In this document: one piece after another, positions 1 through 9,063 of the stretch
How positions within the stretch are numbered: position 1 is the first letter of the stretch
How the letters are laid out: each line of letters opens with the position of its first letter
Notes under the pieces: generated by a model
Databases searched by the model: none
What the model was told of the DNA's origin: nothing
The model's input: only the letters and a program-made list of their open reading frames with translations
Program-made: the position numbers and the translations under genes
Assembly (NCBI GenBank): GCA_949879855.1
Contig: CATLBX010000004.1
Span: 1-35,676, forward strand
Length of the DNA: 35,676 nucleotides
Reading direction: 5' to 3'
DNA from: an uncultured Coriobacteriia bacterium
GTDB lineage: Bacteria > Actinomycetota > Coriobacteriia > Coriobacteriales > QAMH01

Positions 1-1086
<1,086 letters not shown>

Positions 1087-1191
1087 ACGCGGAAGCCTCC
1101 TCGAAAAGAGAGCGATGGTCTTCCCAGTATAGACATGGAGTCAAGAATAGCGATGACAAGACGATGACGAGTATCCAACGCCCGAGCGACG

Positions 1192-1428
1192 CTACAGCAG
1201 CCCCTTCAGGTACGCGATGATGTCGGCGGACTCGAGCATAGGCTTGCCATCGATGACCAAGCACGGCGATTGCGTCGTGCCGTTCATGTCCAGGAGCTCC
1301 TGGCGATGCTGCGGCTCTGTGGAGTTGACAGTCTCGATCTGGATGTCGTTGGCTTCCATGAAGTCGAGCACCCGATAGCAGAACGGGCAGCCAGGCTTGC
1401 AATAGAGAATCATGTTGTCGAACTTCAT
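1192..1428 (-). CDS. Glutaredoxin-like protein
   Basis: CPFC active site, TQSP cis-Pro motif and ESADII. RBS AAGGAGG overlaps the lysS stop. Confidence 0.88.
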   Translation of the reverse strand: MKFDNMILYCKPGCPFCYRVLDFMEANDIQIETVNSTEPQHRQELLDMNGTTQSPCLVIDGKPMLESADIIAYLKGLL

Positions 1429-1438
1429 GGAAGCCTCC

Positions 1439-2932
1439 TTAGAGTGCCTCATCCCTCATGTGGGGGAAGAGCAGCACGTCGCGGATGGTGGGCGCGTCGG
1501 TGAGCAACATGGTGAGCCTGTCGATGCCGATGCCGATGCCACCGGCGGGCGGCATGCCGTACTCGAGCGCGCGAATGTAATCCGCATCAAAGCCCATGGC
1601 CTCGTCATCACCCATGTCCTTCGCCTTGACCTGCGCCATGAAACGCTCGGCCTGGTCGACCGGGTCATTGAGCTCGGTGAAGGCGTTGGCATACTCGTGA
1701 CCCAGGATGAACAGCTCGAAGCGCTGGGTGAGCTCGGGGTTGTCCGGATGCTTCTTCGCGAGCGGCGAGACCTCGAGCGGATGGTCGATGACGAAGGTGG
1801 GCTGGACGATCTTCTCCTCGGCGACGGCCTCGAAGATCTCGGCGATGAGCTTGCCCTTGCCCCAAGCAGCCTCGGCGTGGCCACCGTTTTTCTCGAGGAT
1901 GGCCACCAGCTCTTCGCGCGTGCGATCGAAGGAGACATCCTCGCCCGCATGCTCGCTGGCAAGCTCCATCATGGAAGCACGGCGCCAGTCGCCCGAAAGG
2001 TCGAGGGCGGTGCCCTGGTATTCGACCTGCAGGCTACCGCAGGCAGCCATGGCCGCGGCCTGGAAGCAACCTTGCGCCAAGTCCATCATGGACTCGAGAT
2101 CGCCAAAGGCCTCGTAGGCCTCCATCGTGGTGAATTCGGGATTGTGGTACGGGTCCATGCCCTCGTTACGGAAGATGCGATCCAGCTCGAACACCTTGGG
2201 AAATCCACCCACGAGCAGGCGCTTCAGGGGAAGCTCCGTAGCGATGCGCAGGTAGTAGTCGCGGTCGAGCGCGTTGAAGTGCGTGATGAAGGGCTTGGCG
2301 TTAGCGCCGCCGATGATCGGGTTGAGAAACGGCGTCTCGACCTCGTAGTAGCCCTCGTCCTCCATGAAACGACGGATGGCGGAGATGATGCGCGAGCGCT
2401 TCTTGAACGTCTCGCGAACCTCGGGATTCACGACCAAGTCGACGTAGCGCTGACGATAGCGCGTCTCCTTGTCCTGCAGGCCGTGGAACTTCTCGGGAAG
2501 CGGGCGCAGGCTCTTGGACATGAGCTCGAACGACGTGACCGCCACGGAAAGCTGGCCGCGGCGCGTGCGCATCATGGTGCCCTGCACGGCGATCCAGTCG
2601 CCCACGTCCAGATCCTTCAGCTCCTCGAAGGCATCTTCGCCCAGGGCGTTGATGCGGCAGAAGAGCTGGATGGTGCCCGTGTGGTCCATGAGCTCGAGGA
2701 AGGCGACCTTGCCCTGTGCGCGCTTGGCCATGACGCGGCCGGCGATGGCGACCTCGTCTTCGGTGTCCTGCCCGTCTTCGAGATGGGCGTACTGCTCGTC
2801 AAGCTGCTCGACCGTATGGGAGCTGGTGAAGGCGTGGCCGTACGGATCGCGACCGGCGTCGATGAGTGCCTGACGCTTGTTGTGACGAACCTCTACGGGG
2901 TCGTCGACGATCTCCCCTTGCATGTCGGTCAT
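1439..2932 (-). CDS. lysS: Lysine--tRNA ligase (class II)
   Basis: OB anticodon domain, RYRQRYVDL, YLRIATELPLKRL, FRNEG, HNPEFT, GIGIDRL, RDVLLFP. Confidence 0.98.
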   Translation of the reverse strand: MTDMQGEIVDDPVEVRHNKRQALIDAGRDPYGHAFTSSHTVEQLDEQYAHLEDGQDTEDEVAIAGRVMAKRAQGKVAFLELMDHTGTIQLFCRINALGEDAFEELKDLDVGDWIAVQGTMMRTRRGQLSVAVTSFELMSKSLRPLPEKFHGLQDKETRYRQRYVDLVVNPEVRETFKKRSRIISAIRRFMEDEGYYEVETPFLNPIIGGANAKPFITHFNALDRDYYLRIATELPLKRLLVGGFPKVFELDRIFRNEGMDPYHNPEFTTMEAYEAFGDLESMMDLAQGCFQAAAMAACGSLQVEYQGTALDLSGDWRRASMMELASEHAGEDVSFDRTREELVAILEKNGGHAEAAWGKGKLIAEIFEAVAEEKIVQPTFVIDHPLEVSPLAKKHPDNPELTQRFELFILGHEYANAFTELNDPVDQAERFMAQVKAKDMGDDEAMGFDADYIRALEYGMPPAGGIGIGIDRLTMLLTDAPTIRDVLLFPHMRDEAL

Positions 2933-2934
2933 GA

Positions 2935-3414
2935 CTAGTGGCCGACCTTCGTGAGCGTGAACTTCATCTTGCGGCCCGTGGGACCCTCATATTCGATGAC
3001 GTCGCCCTTCTTGTGGCCGAGCACGGCGGCACCCACGGGGGACTCGTTCGAGATCTTGCCCTGGGCGCTATCGGCCTCGGCGCCGCCGACGATGGTGAAG
3101 ACGCGCTCGCGGCCATCGTCGTCGGTCAACGTGACGGTCGAGCCGATGACGACGCGGTTGCCCTTCTTGGGCGCGTCCACGACCTGGGCGTTCGCGAGAA
3201 CGTCGTTGATCTCGGCAATGCGCTGCTCGAGAATGGCCTGCTCGTTCTTGGCGTCGTCGTACTCGGAGTTCTCGGAGATGTCACCGAATTCGCGGGCGAT
3301 GCGAATGCGCTCGCCGACCTCGTCGCGCTTCTCGGTCTCGAGATAGTGCAGCTCCTCCTCGAGCTTTGCCTTGCCGTCTGCGGTCAGGACCACGTCGTTT
3401 GCGTTGTTCGCCAT
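2935..3414 (-). CDS. greA: Transcription elongation factor GreA
   Basis: GDISENSEYDDAK and ISNESPVG motifs. Probable ATG at 3414 after GGAG. Confidence 0.97.
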   Translation of the reverse strand: MANNANDVVLTADGKAKLEEELHYLETEKRDEVGERIRIAREFGDISENSEYDDAKNEQAILEQRIAEINDVLANAQVVDAPKKGNRVVIGSTVTLTDDDGRERVFTIVGGAEADSAQGKISNESPVGAAVLGHKKGDVIEYEGPTGRKMKFTLTKVGH

Positions 3415-3488
3415 GGGGTGTCGTCTCCGTTCATACGTATCGTCTGCCCGCATGCAGAGGCGGGCTGATTTGCCGGTCAGGTGCCGTG

Positions 3489-3788
3489 TTACTCGGCCTT
3501 GCTTGCGGGAGCCTTTTCCGTCTCGACAACGACCTCTTCGGCCGCCGCCTCCTCGACAGGCTTGGCCTGGGGCGCGGGCTCTGCCGATGCGTCCGCCTCG
3601 ACCTCGGCCGGCTTCTCGGCATCGTCCTTCTTCTTGCCGTCCATGCCGTCACGCAGGCTCTTGAACGTCCTGCCGATGGCATTGCCCAGCTTGGGCAGGT
3701 TCTTGGGGCCGAAGATGAGCAGAACCACAATCAGAATGATGATTAGCTCAGGAACGCCAATGCCTCCCAGGAAGGGAATCCTCATCAT
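3489..3788 (-). CDS. tatA: Twin-arginine translocase TatA/E subunit
   Basis: GIGVPELIIILIVVLLIFGPKNLPKLG TM helix, hinge and amphipathic helix, with an acidic tail. RBS GGAGG. Confidence 0.93.
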   Translation of the reverse strand: MMRIPFLGGIGVPELIIILIVVLLIFGPKNLPKLGNAIGRTFKSLRDGMDGKKKDDAEKPAEVEADASAEPAPQAKPVEEAAAEEVVVETEKAPASKAE

Positions 3789-3864
3789 ATCCTCCAAGCT
3801 TTGCATATGTGCACTGCGCGAAGAGCGCGTACACGACTTATCACGTATCGCACCATAATAAAAC

Positions 3865-3898
3865 AAAGGGGCTTCCGTCGAATGCAGAAACCCCTTTC
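3865..3898 (-). terminator. Intrinsic terminator downstream of tRNA-Pro
   Basis: Minus strand GAAAGGGGTTTC...GAAGCCCCTTT hairpin followed by GTTTTATT. Confidence 0.7.
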
Positions 3899-3906
3899 TG
3901 GCAATC

Positions 3907-3983
3907 TGGTCGGGATGACTGGATTTGAACCAGCGACCTCTCACTCCCGAAGCGAGCGCTCTACCAAGCTGAGCCACATCCCG
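3907..3983 (-). tRNA. tRNA-Pro(CGG)
   Basis: 77-nt cloverleaf CGGGATG...CATCCCG-A-CCA, anticodon loop TTCGGGA, T-loop GGTTCAAATCC. Confidence 0.97.
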
Positions 3984-3998
3984 AATGCGCGGTGATAG

Positions 3999-4007
3999 AT
4001 TCTAGCA
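3999..4007 (-). promoter_or_regulatory. Extended -10 element for tRNA-Pro
   Basis: TGCTAGAAT (TGn-TAnnnT) about 15 nt upstream of the tRNA. Confidence 0.5.
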
Positions 4008-4049
4008 GATTATGCGTGCGGTGCGAGGGATTTTTGTATCAACTCTCCC

Positions 4050-6731
4050 CTACCTCACCCCGTACCAGCCGAAGTCCTCGTAACGCCAGCCGATGCTCAC
4101 CAGATGGTCGCGCTCGACGTCGCTCGTGGTGTAGTGGTGGCTGCCGGAGTTGTTCCTCCATGCGGTGGGGTCGACGGTGGGGTTGAACAGGCGGTGCAGT
4201 CCCACTCCCTGATTGTCGTCGGAGTACCAGCCGATGCCCTCGTCGGACCAGCCCACGGAGATGAGGTGGTCGCGCTCCACGACACTCGTGGTGTAGTGGT
4301 GGTCGGTGCCCGAGTAGAGACGATAGACCGGGGTGGCCGAGATGACCGGGGCGGTCCAGGCCTCGCCCTCGTAGAGCCAGCCGGCGGCCACGATGTTCTC
4401 GATTTCCGAATAGTGGGCGGTGTAGAAGTGCTCGCCGGAGTTGGAGTTGTAGGCGCGGTACATCACCTGGGTGGCCACGGGATCGGGCGTGGCGGCGCCG
4501 GGATCGTCGGGAGCGCCGGGTTTGTCGATGGCGAAGGACACCGTGCGCGTGCCCTGGTAGTTCCCGATTCCCGTCACGGTCGCGGTGGCGGTTCCCGCAT
4601 CCACGTTGTTCGCGTAAGCAACCTCATAATCGGCGCCTTGTGCAAGCACGCCCCCATCCAACATGACCGTCAGCACAGGCATGATGGGCTGGCCCGTCCA
4701 CACCTGCGTTGCAACAGGCTCGATAATCGCATCGCCGATGTCGGCCCTCGTGATGTCGAACGTGCAGCCGATGCTCGTCTGCGCCTTGAAAATCCCATCG
4801 CTTGCAGCCGCAACGGTCACGTGCGCCGTGCCGACGGACGTGTTATCGGCATAGGAAAGCGAGAGGCCCAGGTCCTCGGCGGAATCGGTGCCGAACGTCC
4901 AAGTCTCCCCCGTCACCGGATACGTGAGAGTGACGTACGGCCTGCAGCCGTTGACTCGGTAGGCCTGGTTAGACGCAACGGAGAGCTTGCACGTGCCGAG
5001 GTCGATGAAGTCGACATCGTTCGTGAACGCCTTAATGCGAGCAACGGAGGGCGCTTCGTCATTTTCCATGTACGCGGTGTTTCCCGCGAGGTCGAACCAC
5101 GTCGCGGCGTCGTTGGAACGAACGAAGCTCTGGTTGGGTGACGACGCACTCGTGAAATGCACGAACGTCGTCGTGTCGCCGTACTTGTCACCGGCACCGT
5201 AGGTCGAATCGACGGTGTAGTACACGTCGTCGCCATTGGCATGGGAGAGGGTGAAGACGACGGAGTACTTCGAGCCTTGCGCCACGCGCACGGGTTCGGG
5301 CAGTTCGACCATGTAATAGCCCTGGTACGTCATCTTGCCCGTCACGGGCATGGCAAGGGCGGGGGCGCCGCTCGTGGGATTGGCGGCGTCCTTCACGTCC
5401 GTGTAGATCTGGACGCTGTAGTCGACGTTGACATCGACCAGTTGCGACAGGGACACGGCTGTGACCTCCTCCGCACCGTCCTCGTTGGCGTTGGCGGTGA
5501 AGACGTTGGCGATGCTCCCGCCGGAGACGACCCTGTTGGCGCAGTTTCCGGAAGTGCCGTCGTACTGGTAGTTGTGATCGTATGCATCGACAGGACCGGC
5601 GAAAAACGCGGTGACGAACGAATCCGTCATGGACAGGTCCTCGTAGGACATCCAGAAATACCCGCCATCGCCCCATTCCTCGCCCCAGCTATTGCGCATG
5701 AGCCACGCGCCGTTCTTGGGCAGGGGCTCGCCATAGGTAACGAAGTTGCTCGCGGGATAGTCATCATCCCATCCGACGATGACGACATCGTGGTTGATGC
5801 CGGGCTTCTCATAGTTGTAATAGACGTTCGTGGTCTCGTTGAAGTAATTGAGGTCATCCATGTACATGCTGTGCAGGACGGCTCCGTAGTCGTAAATCGC
5901 CTGCTTGACGTCGTTTTGATCCTCATTGGAAATCATGCGCGTGCCCTCGAGGAGATAGGAATTCTCCGTGTACGCCATGCCGGCCTCCAGCGCGGTGGCG
6001 TCGGTGAAGGCGTCACGGGCCTCGAAGAACTCCGGGGTGAAGTCCTGACCGGTCGAGGGATAGTACTCATATTCGAACTCGTCGTAGGCGTCGAGCAGCT
6101 CCTTCATAGGCGCCACGGCCTCGTCGACGGCGCCCGCCCACTTCGCGAGCGTGCCGGTAGCCAACATCGCATTGCCGCCGACCCCCAGGTACGGATCGCC
6201 GGTGCCGTCAAACCACGCCCCCGAAAACGCGGACCCCCTGGGCGTGTTGTAGTCGCCTACCGTGCCGCCCAGGGGATCGACCGCCTCGTGGTACGAAAAG
6301 TACCCGAGGTGGCGCTCGGAGAGATCGAGCTTGGCGGCGTCAGCGCCATCCCTCTTGATGAGCGACGATTCCATGCAGGCGATGGTGGCATAGGCCCAGC
6401 AGAATCCGGAAGCACCCTGGTCCTTGACGGGAGTCACGTAACCTCGCGCACGAGAGCTGTAGGAACGCGGCAGCGCCGCCTGGGCCGTGAGGGAATCGTC
6501 GTTGGCGTCGTGGATGCTGAGCGCGGGAAGACCGTCGTCGATATGCCCGAGTCCGCGGGGACCGACCGTGGTCGCAATGGACGTCACAGCCGTGTTCGCC
6601 TGCACAGGTTGATCTGGCAGGGCGGCGAAGGCGGATGCCGGCGAGAACGCGAAGGCCAGCGCAAAGGCGAGCAGAGCGCTCATCGCAAGTCGTGACAAAC
6701 GGGGGCGTTTGGTGCCAGAAGCGCTGTGCAT
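4050..6731 (-). CDS. Secreted papain-family (C1A) cysteine protease with lectin-like domain, Ig-like repeats and C-terminal DUF5648-like repeat module
   Basis: Signal peptide (…ASAFA). Catalytic motifs VKDQGASGFCWA, NHDVVIVGWDD and MRNSWG. Y..N...GTAT repeats. C-terminal MYRAYN..SGEHFYT repeats. RBS AGGAGG before ATG 6731. Confidence 0.88.
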   Translation of the reverse strand: MHSASGTKRPRLSRLAMSALLAFALAFAFSPASAFAALPDQPVQANTAVTSIATTVGPRGLGHIDDGLPALSIHDANDDSLTAQAALPRSYSSRARGYVTPVKDQGASGFCWAYATIACMESSLIKRDGADAAKLDLSERHLGYFSYHEAVDPLGGTVGDYNTPRGSAFSGAWFDGTGDPYLGVGGNAMLATGTLAKWAGAVDEAVAPMKELLDAYDEFEYEYYPSTGQDFTPEFFEARDAFTDATALEAGMAYTENSYLLEGTRMISNEDQNDVKQAIYDYGAVLHSMYMDDLNYFNETTNVYYNYEKPGINHDVVIVGWDDDYPASNFVTYGEPLPKNGAWLMRNSWGEEWGDGGYFWMSYEDLSMTDSFVTAFFAGPVDAYDHNYQYDGTSGNCANRVVSGGSIANVFTANANEDGAEEVTAVSLSQLVDVNVDYSVQIYTDVKDAANPTSGAPALAMPVTGKMTYQGYYMVELPEPVRVAQGSKYSVVFTLSHANGDDVYYTVDSTYGAGDKYGDTTTFVHFTSASSPNQSFVRSNDAATWFDLAGNTAYMENDEAPSVARIKAFTNDVDFIDLGTCKLSVASNQAYRVNGCRPYVTLTYPVTGETWTFGTDSAEDLGLSLSYADNTSVGTAHVTVAAASDGIFKAQTSIGCTFDITRADIGDAIIEPVATQVWTGQPIMPVLTVMLDGGVLAQGADYEVAYANNVDAGTATATVTGIGNYQGTRTVSFAIDKPGAPDDPGAATPDPVATQVMYRAYNSNSGEHFYTAHYSEIENIVAAGWLYEGEAWTAPVISATPVYRLYSGTDHHYTTSVVERDHLISVGWSDEGIGWYSDDNQGVGLHRLFNPTVDPTAWRNNSGSHHYTTSDVERDHLVSIGWRYEDFGWYGVR

Positions 6732-6899
6732 GGGTTCCTCCTGCAGGTCGTGCCGGGGGCATGGACGCGTAGGAGCATATTTTGGCAGAGAGCAGGAGAG
6801 AAGAACGGGCACGTAAGGTCCCTTTCGCGCCGAGGGTGCGAAGGATGTCGCATGAGGGAGGGTCTATACGCCTCGAGCCTCCTGCCCCACGTCGCATGG

Positions 6900-6929
6900 G
6901 CCGAAGTCCTCGTAGCGCCAGCCGATGGA
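6900..6929. repeat. 30-bp exact direct repeat of 9082-9111 (3' end of the DUF5648-like module)
   Basis: GCCGAAGTCCTCGTAGCGCCAGCCGATGGA at both positions. A near-copy lies at about 4068-4095. Confidence 0.9.
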
Positions 6930-6933
6930 CCCG

Positions 6934-7809
6934 CTAGTTACCCGCGAGGTCCTTCCATTTGGCGCCATCCCCGACGCTGTCGGCAAGTTCGCGCAGATGC
7001 TCGTTGTTCGCAGCAGCAGCGCCGCGCAGGTCGACCTTGGCTCCCCTGTCCCTATACCAATCCGTGCCCTCGAAGTAATCCTGAAGGTCGGGATTGCTGA
7101 AATGGTGCCCCTCGCGCGCAAAGGGCTCGTTCCAGGCGATGCAAATCTCGGCCGGGGTCAGGCCCATGGCCTTGAGCTCGCCCATCCCGTATTCACGCGT
7201 GCTCGAGTCCGGCAGCACGTAGCCATCGGAATCGCGCCGCACGGTGCCCGTGAGCTTTTCGCCCGAAGCCGTGTAGACCACGAGCGTAACGGTGTCGGGA
7301 CTAGAAGGCGCATCCATAATGGAGGCCGAGGGATACGACGATGAGGAGGACGGCGCGCTGTTTTGCGGGACGAGCTGGGAGAACGCGTTCACGCCCCCTG
7401 CCGCACAGCCGCCGACGCCGAGGGTCGTGCATCCTCCGACCACCAGTACGAGCAGGAGGATCACGTCGACGAAGGAGATGACCGTGCCCGCGATGGCAAG
7501 ACCCTTCGGGGTCTTGGTCAGGCCAATGAGGGACAGGACGGCACCCAGAATCCAGAGCAGCCAGCCCGCCACCGGCACCCACGAAAGGAACAGCCCGAGC
7601 AAAGCGCACACAAAACCGGCTATGCCAATTCCGTTGCCTCCCGGCTGGGAAGCCTGTTGGTCTGGGGCGACCGGCTCGAACGGCTTGGTGGCATCGGGAC
7701 GCCGTGGCATGAAGGCTGGATCGTCAGCCGGCCTGTCGACCTTGGTTCCGCAGTGCTGGCAAAAGGCAGCGTCATCTGGAATATGCTTGCCGCAACGCGT
7801 GCAGTACAT
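6934..7809 (-). CDS. Zinc-ribbon / two-TM / YARHG-like domain membrane protein
   Basis: CTRC...CQHC zinc ribbon, hydrophobic helices (DUF4190-like), Ser-rich linker, NEPFAREGHHF..DLQDYF..TDWY (YARHG variant). RBS GGAGG. Confidence 0.75.
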   Translation of the reverse strand: MYCTRCGKHIPDDAAFCQHCGTKVDRPADDPAFMPRRPDATKPFEPVAPDQQASQPGGNGIGIAGFVCALLGLFLSWVPVAGWLLWILGAVLSLIGLTKTPKGLAIAGTVISFVDVILLLVLVVGGCTTLGVGGCAAGGVNAFSQLVPQNSAPSSSSSYPSASIMDAPSSPDTVTLVVYTASGEKLTGTVRRDSDGYVLPDSSTREYGMGELKAMGLTPAEICIAWNEPFAREGHHFSNPDLQDYFEGTDWYRDRGAKVDLRGAAAANNEHLRELADSVGDGAKWKDLAGN

Positions 7810-7865
7810 GATGGTTCCTCCCCGATGAAAAGTTGCTGGTATCAAAATACCATGCAAGGGTGGGA

Positions 7866-8282
7866 CTAGGAGAGGTGAGGGACGGCTTCCCGCGCCGTCA
7901 TCTTGGGAACGAACGACTTGCGAAACGCTTTTTTGTCATAGCTGATGATGGCGTCGACCTGCAACGCCTCGGCTACGCTGCGGATAAGGCCGTCCTCGTA
8001 GTCGGGCTCGTCGGAATCGAGCGCGGCAAACACCTGCAAACTCGTCAGGTCGACCAAGTCGAACGTCTCGGCAATGTCGCGGATCGACGCGCGCGCCTCC
8101 CCCTCGCGCATGCAATGGGAGTGAAGGGCATAGTAGATTTCGTTCAACGAAGAAGAGAGCGCATAGCACGATGCCTCCTGCTCAAACGCAGCGTGAAGCA
8201 AGTTCGACACATCATCATGAAATGGGGATGAGGGATACACCCAATACAAAAGGGCGTTGGCGTCAAAGAGAAGCGATTTCAC
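7866..8282 (-). CDS. PIN-domain (VapC-like) toxin
   Basis: LLFDAN, SLNE, DYED and SYD acidic residues. Overlaps the upstream antitoxin. Confidence 0.85.
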   Translation of the reverse strand: MKSLLFDANALLYWVYPSSPFHDDVSNLLHAAFEQEASCYALSSSLNEIYYALHSHCMREGEARASIRDIAETFDLVDLTSLQVFAALDSDEPDYEDGLIRSVAEALQVDAIISYDKKAFRKSFVPKMTAREAVPHLS

Positions 8283-8562
8283 GGGCCCCGCGCTCCTTCC
8301 CCTCGCGCAGCAAGTCGTCCGCCGTCTTGCCCCGCGGCCACGGAGCCCGCGTCTTGCGAGAGGCGATTCGCTCCTCGGCCTCGCGCAGACGCGTCAGACG
8401 ATCCGCCGAATCATCGTAGACGGCGGTGATGACGACGACGCCCTTCCTGGGCGAATCGAGACGCAGGGAGGCGTCCGGCTCGATGCAGGCTTCCTGGCGC
8501 AGCGTCTTGGGCAGCAGCACGGCCATGCTGTTGCCAACTTTTGTGAGCGTGGACACGGTCAT
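8263..8562 (-). CDS. AbrB/MazE-type (VapB-like) antitoxin
   Basis: N-terminal LTKVGNSMAVLLPK swapped-hairpin signature. RBS GGAG. Confidence 0.85.
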   Translation of the reverse strand: MTVSTLTKVGNSMAVLLPKTLRQEACIEPDASLRLDSPRKGVVVITAVYDDSADRLTRLREAEERIASRKTRAPWPRGKTADDLLREGKERGAREIASL

Positions 8563-8584
8563 AATCACTCCAATCGTCGGGAGT

Positions 8585-8602
8585 ATTATGACGCGTTATA
8601 AT
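8585..8602. promoter_or_regulatory. Palindromic operator / promoter of the AbrB-PIN operon
   Basis: ATTATGACG-CGTTATAAT, an 18-bp palindrome with one mismatch, overlapping -10-like hexamers just upstream of the antitoxin. Confidence 0.55.
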
Positions 8603-8648
8603 TACGATAACCCTATGGGAACTGCCGCCTATGCGCAATGGGGCAACC

Positions 8649-8911
8649 ATGACCAACCTTGAGTCGTATCTGAAAAAACGCGGGATTACCGAAAAGCAGA
8701 TGGAAGAGGCACGCGGGCAAACAGAAGCCCCGCAAGTGATGACGCGTGCTGCGAGACACATCAAGAAATAGATGAAGAGCTGTTGAAGGCCGAAATGGAA
8801 ACCTATCACGGTATCATGCGAGGTTACGAACAGTATCTCAATGGTGAAGCGACCCCTGCTGAGGAAATGTTCGCGAAAATACGAGCTGATCGCGGATGGG
8901 ATGAAGAGTGA
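8649..8911 (+). pseudogene. Antitoxin-like gene remnants (two frames)
   Basis: 8649-8771 MTNLESYLKKRGITEKQMEEAR… resembles an XRE/HigA-type N-terminus. 8753-8911 has no start and reads …IMRGYEQYLNGEATPAEEMFAKIR…, resembling an antitoxin C-terminus. AT-richer than the host. Confidence 0.4.
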
Positions 8912-9009
8912 GGCGACGAATCATGATTCATGAAATCCAAACCGGCATGATGCAGCACAAACTAATACAAGCGTAGTGTTTTTAGCAGTATTCCAGCGAA
9001 ACAAACCTG

Positions 9010-9034
9010 AGGCCGCCCATACGGACGGCCTTTT
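9010..9034. terminator. Hairpin terminator between converging units
   Basis: AGGCCGCCC-ATAC-GGACGGCCT followed by TTT on +, and by a GTTTGTTT tract on -. Confidence 0.55.
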
Positions 9035-9063
9035 CGTTGAGTTTCGCGGGCCAGCAAGCCTCG

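Noticed and set aside
1120-1150. HspR (HAIR) or CtsR operator upstream of clpC
   Set aside because: Only one half-site-like AGTCAAG is present, without a matching partner.
4104-6695. Plus-strand ORFs 4104-5141 and 5157-6695
   Set aside because: Antisense to the protease gene, with no recognisable domains.
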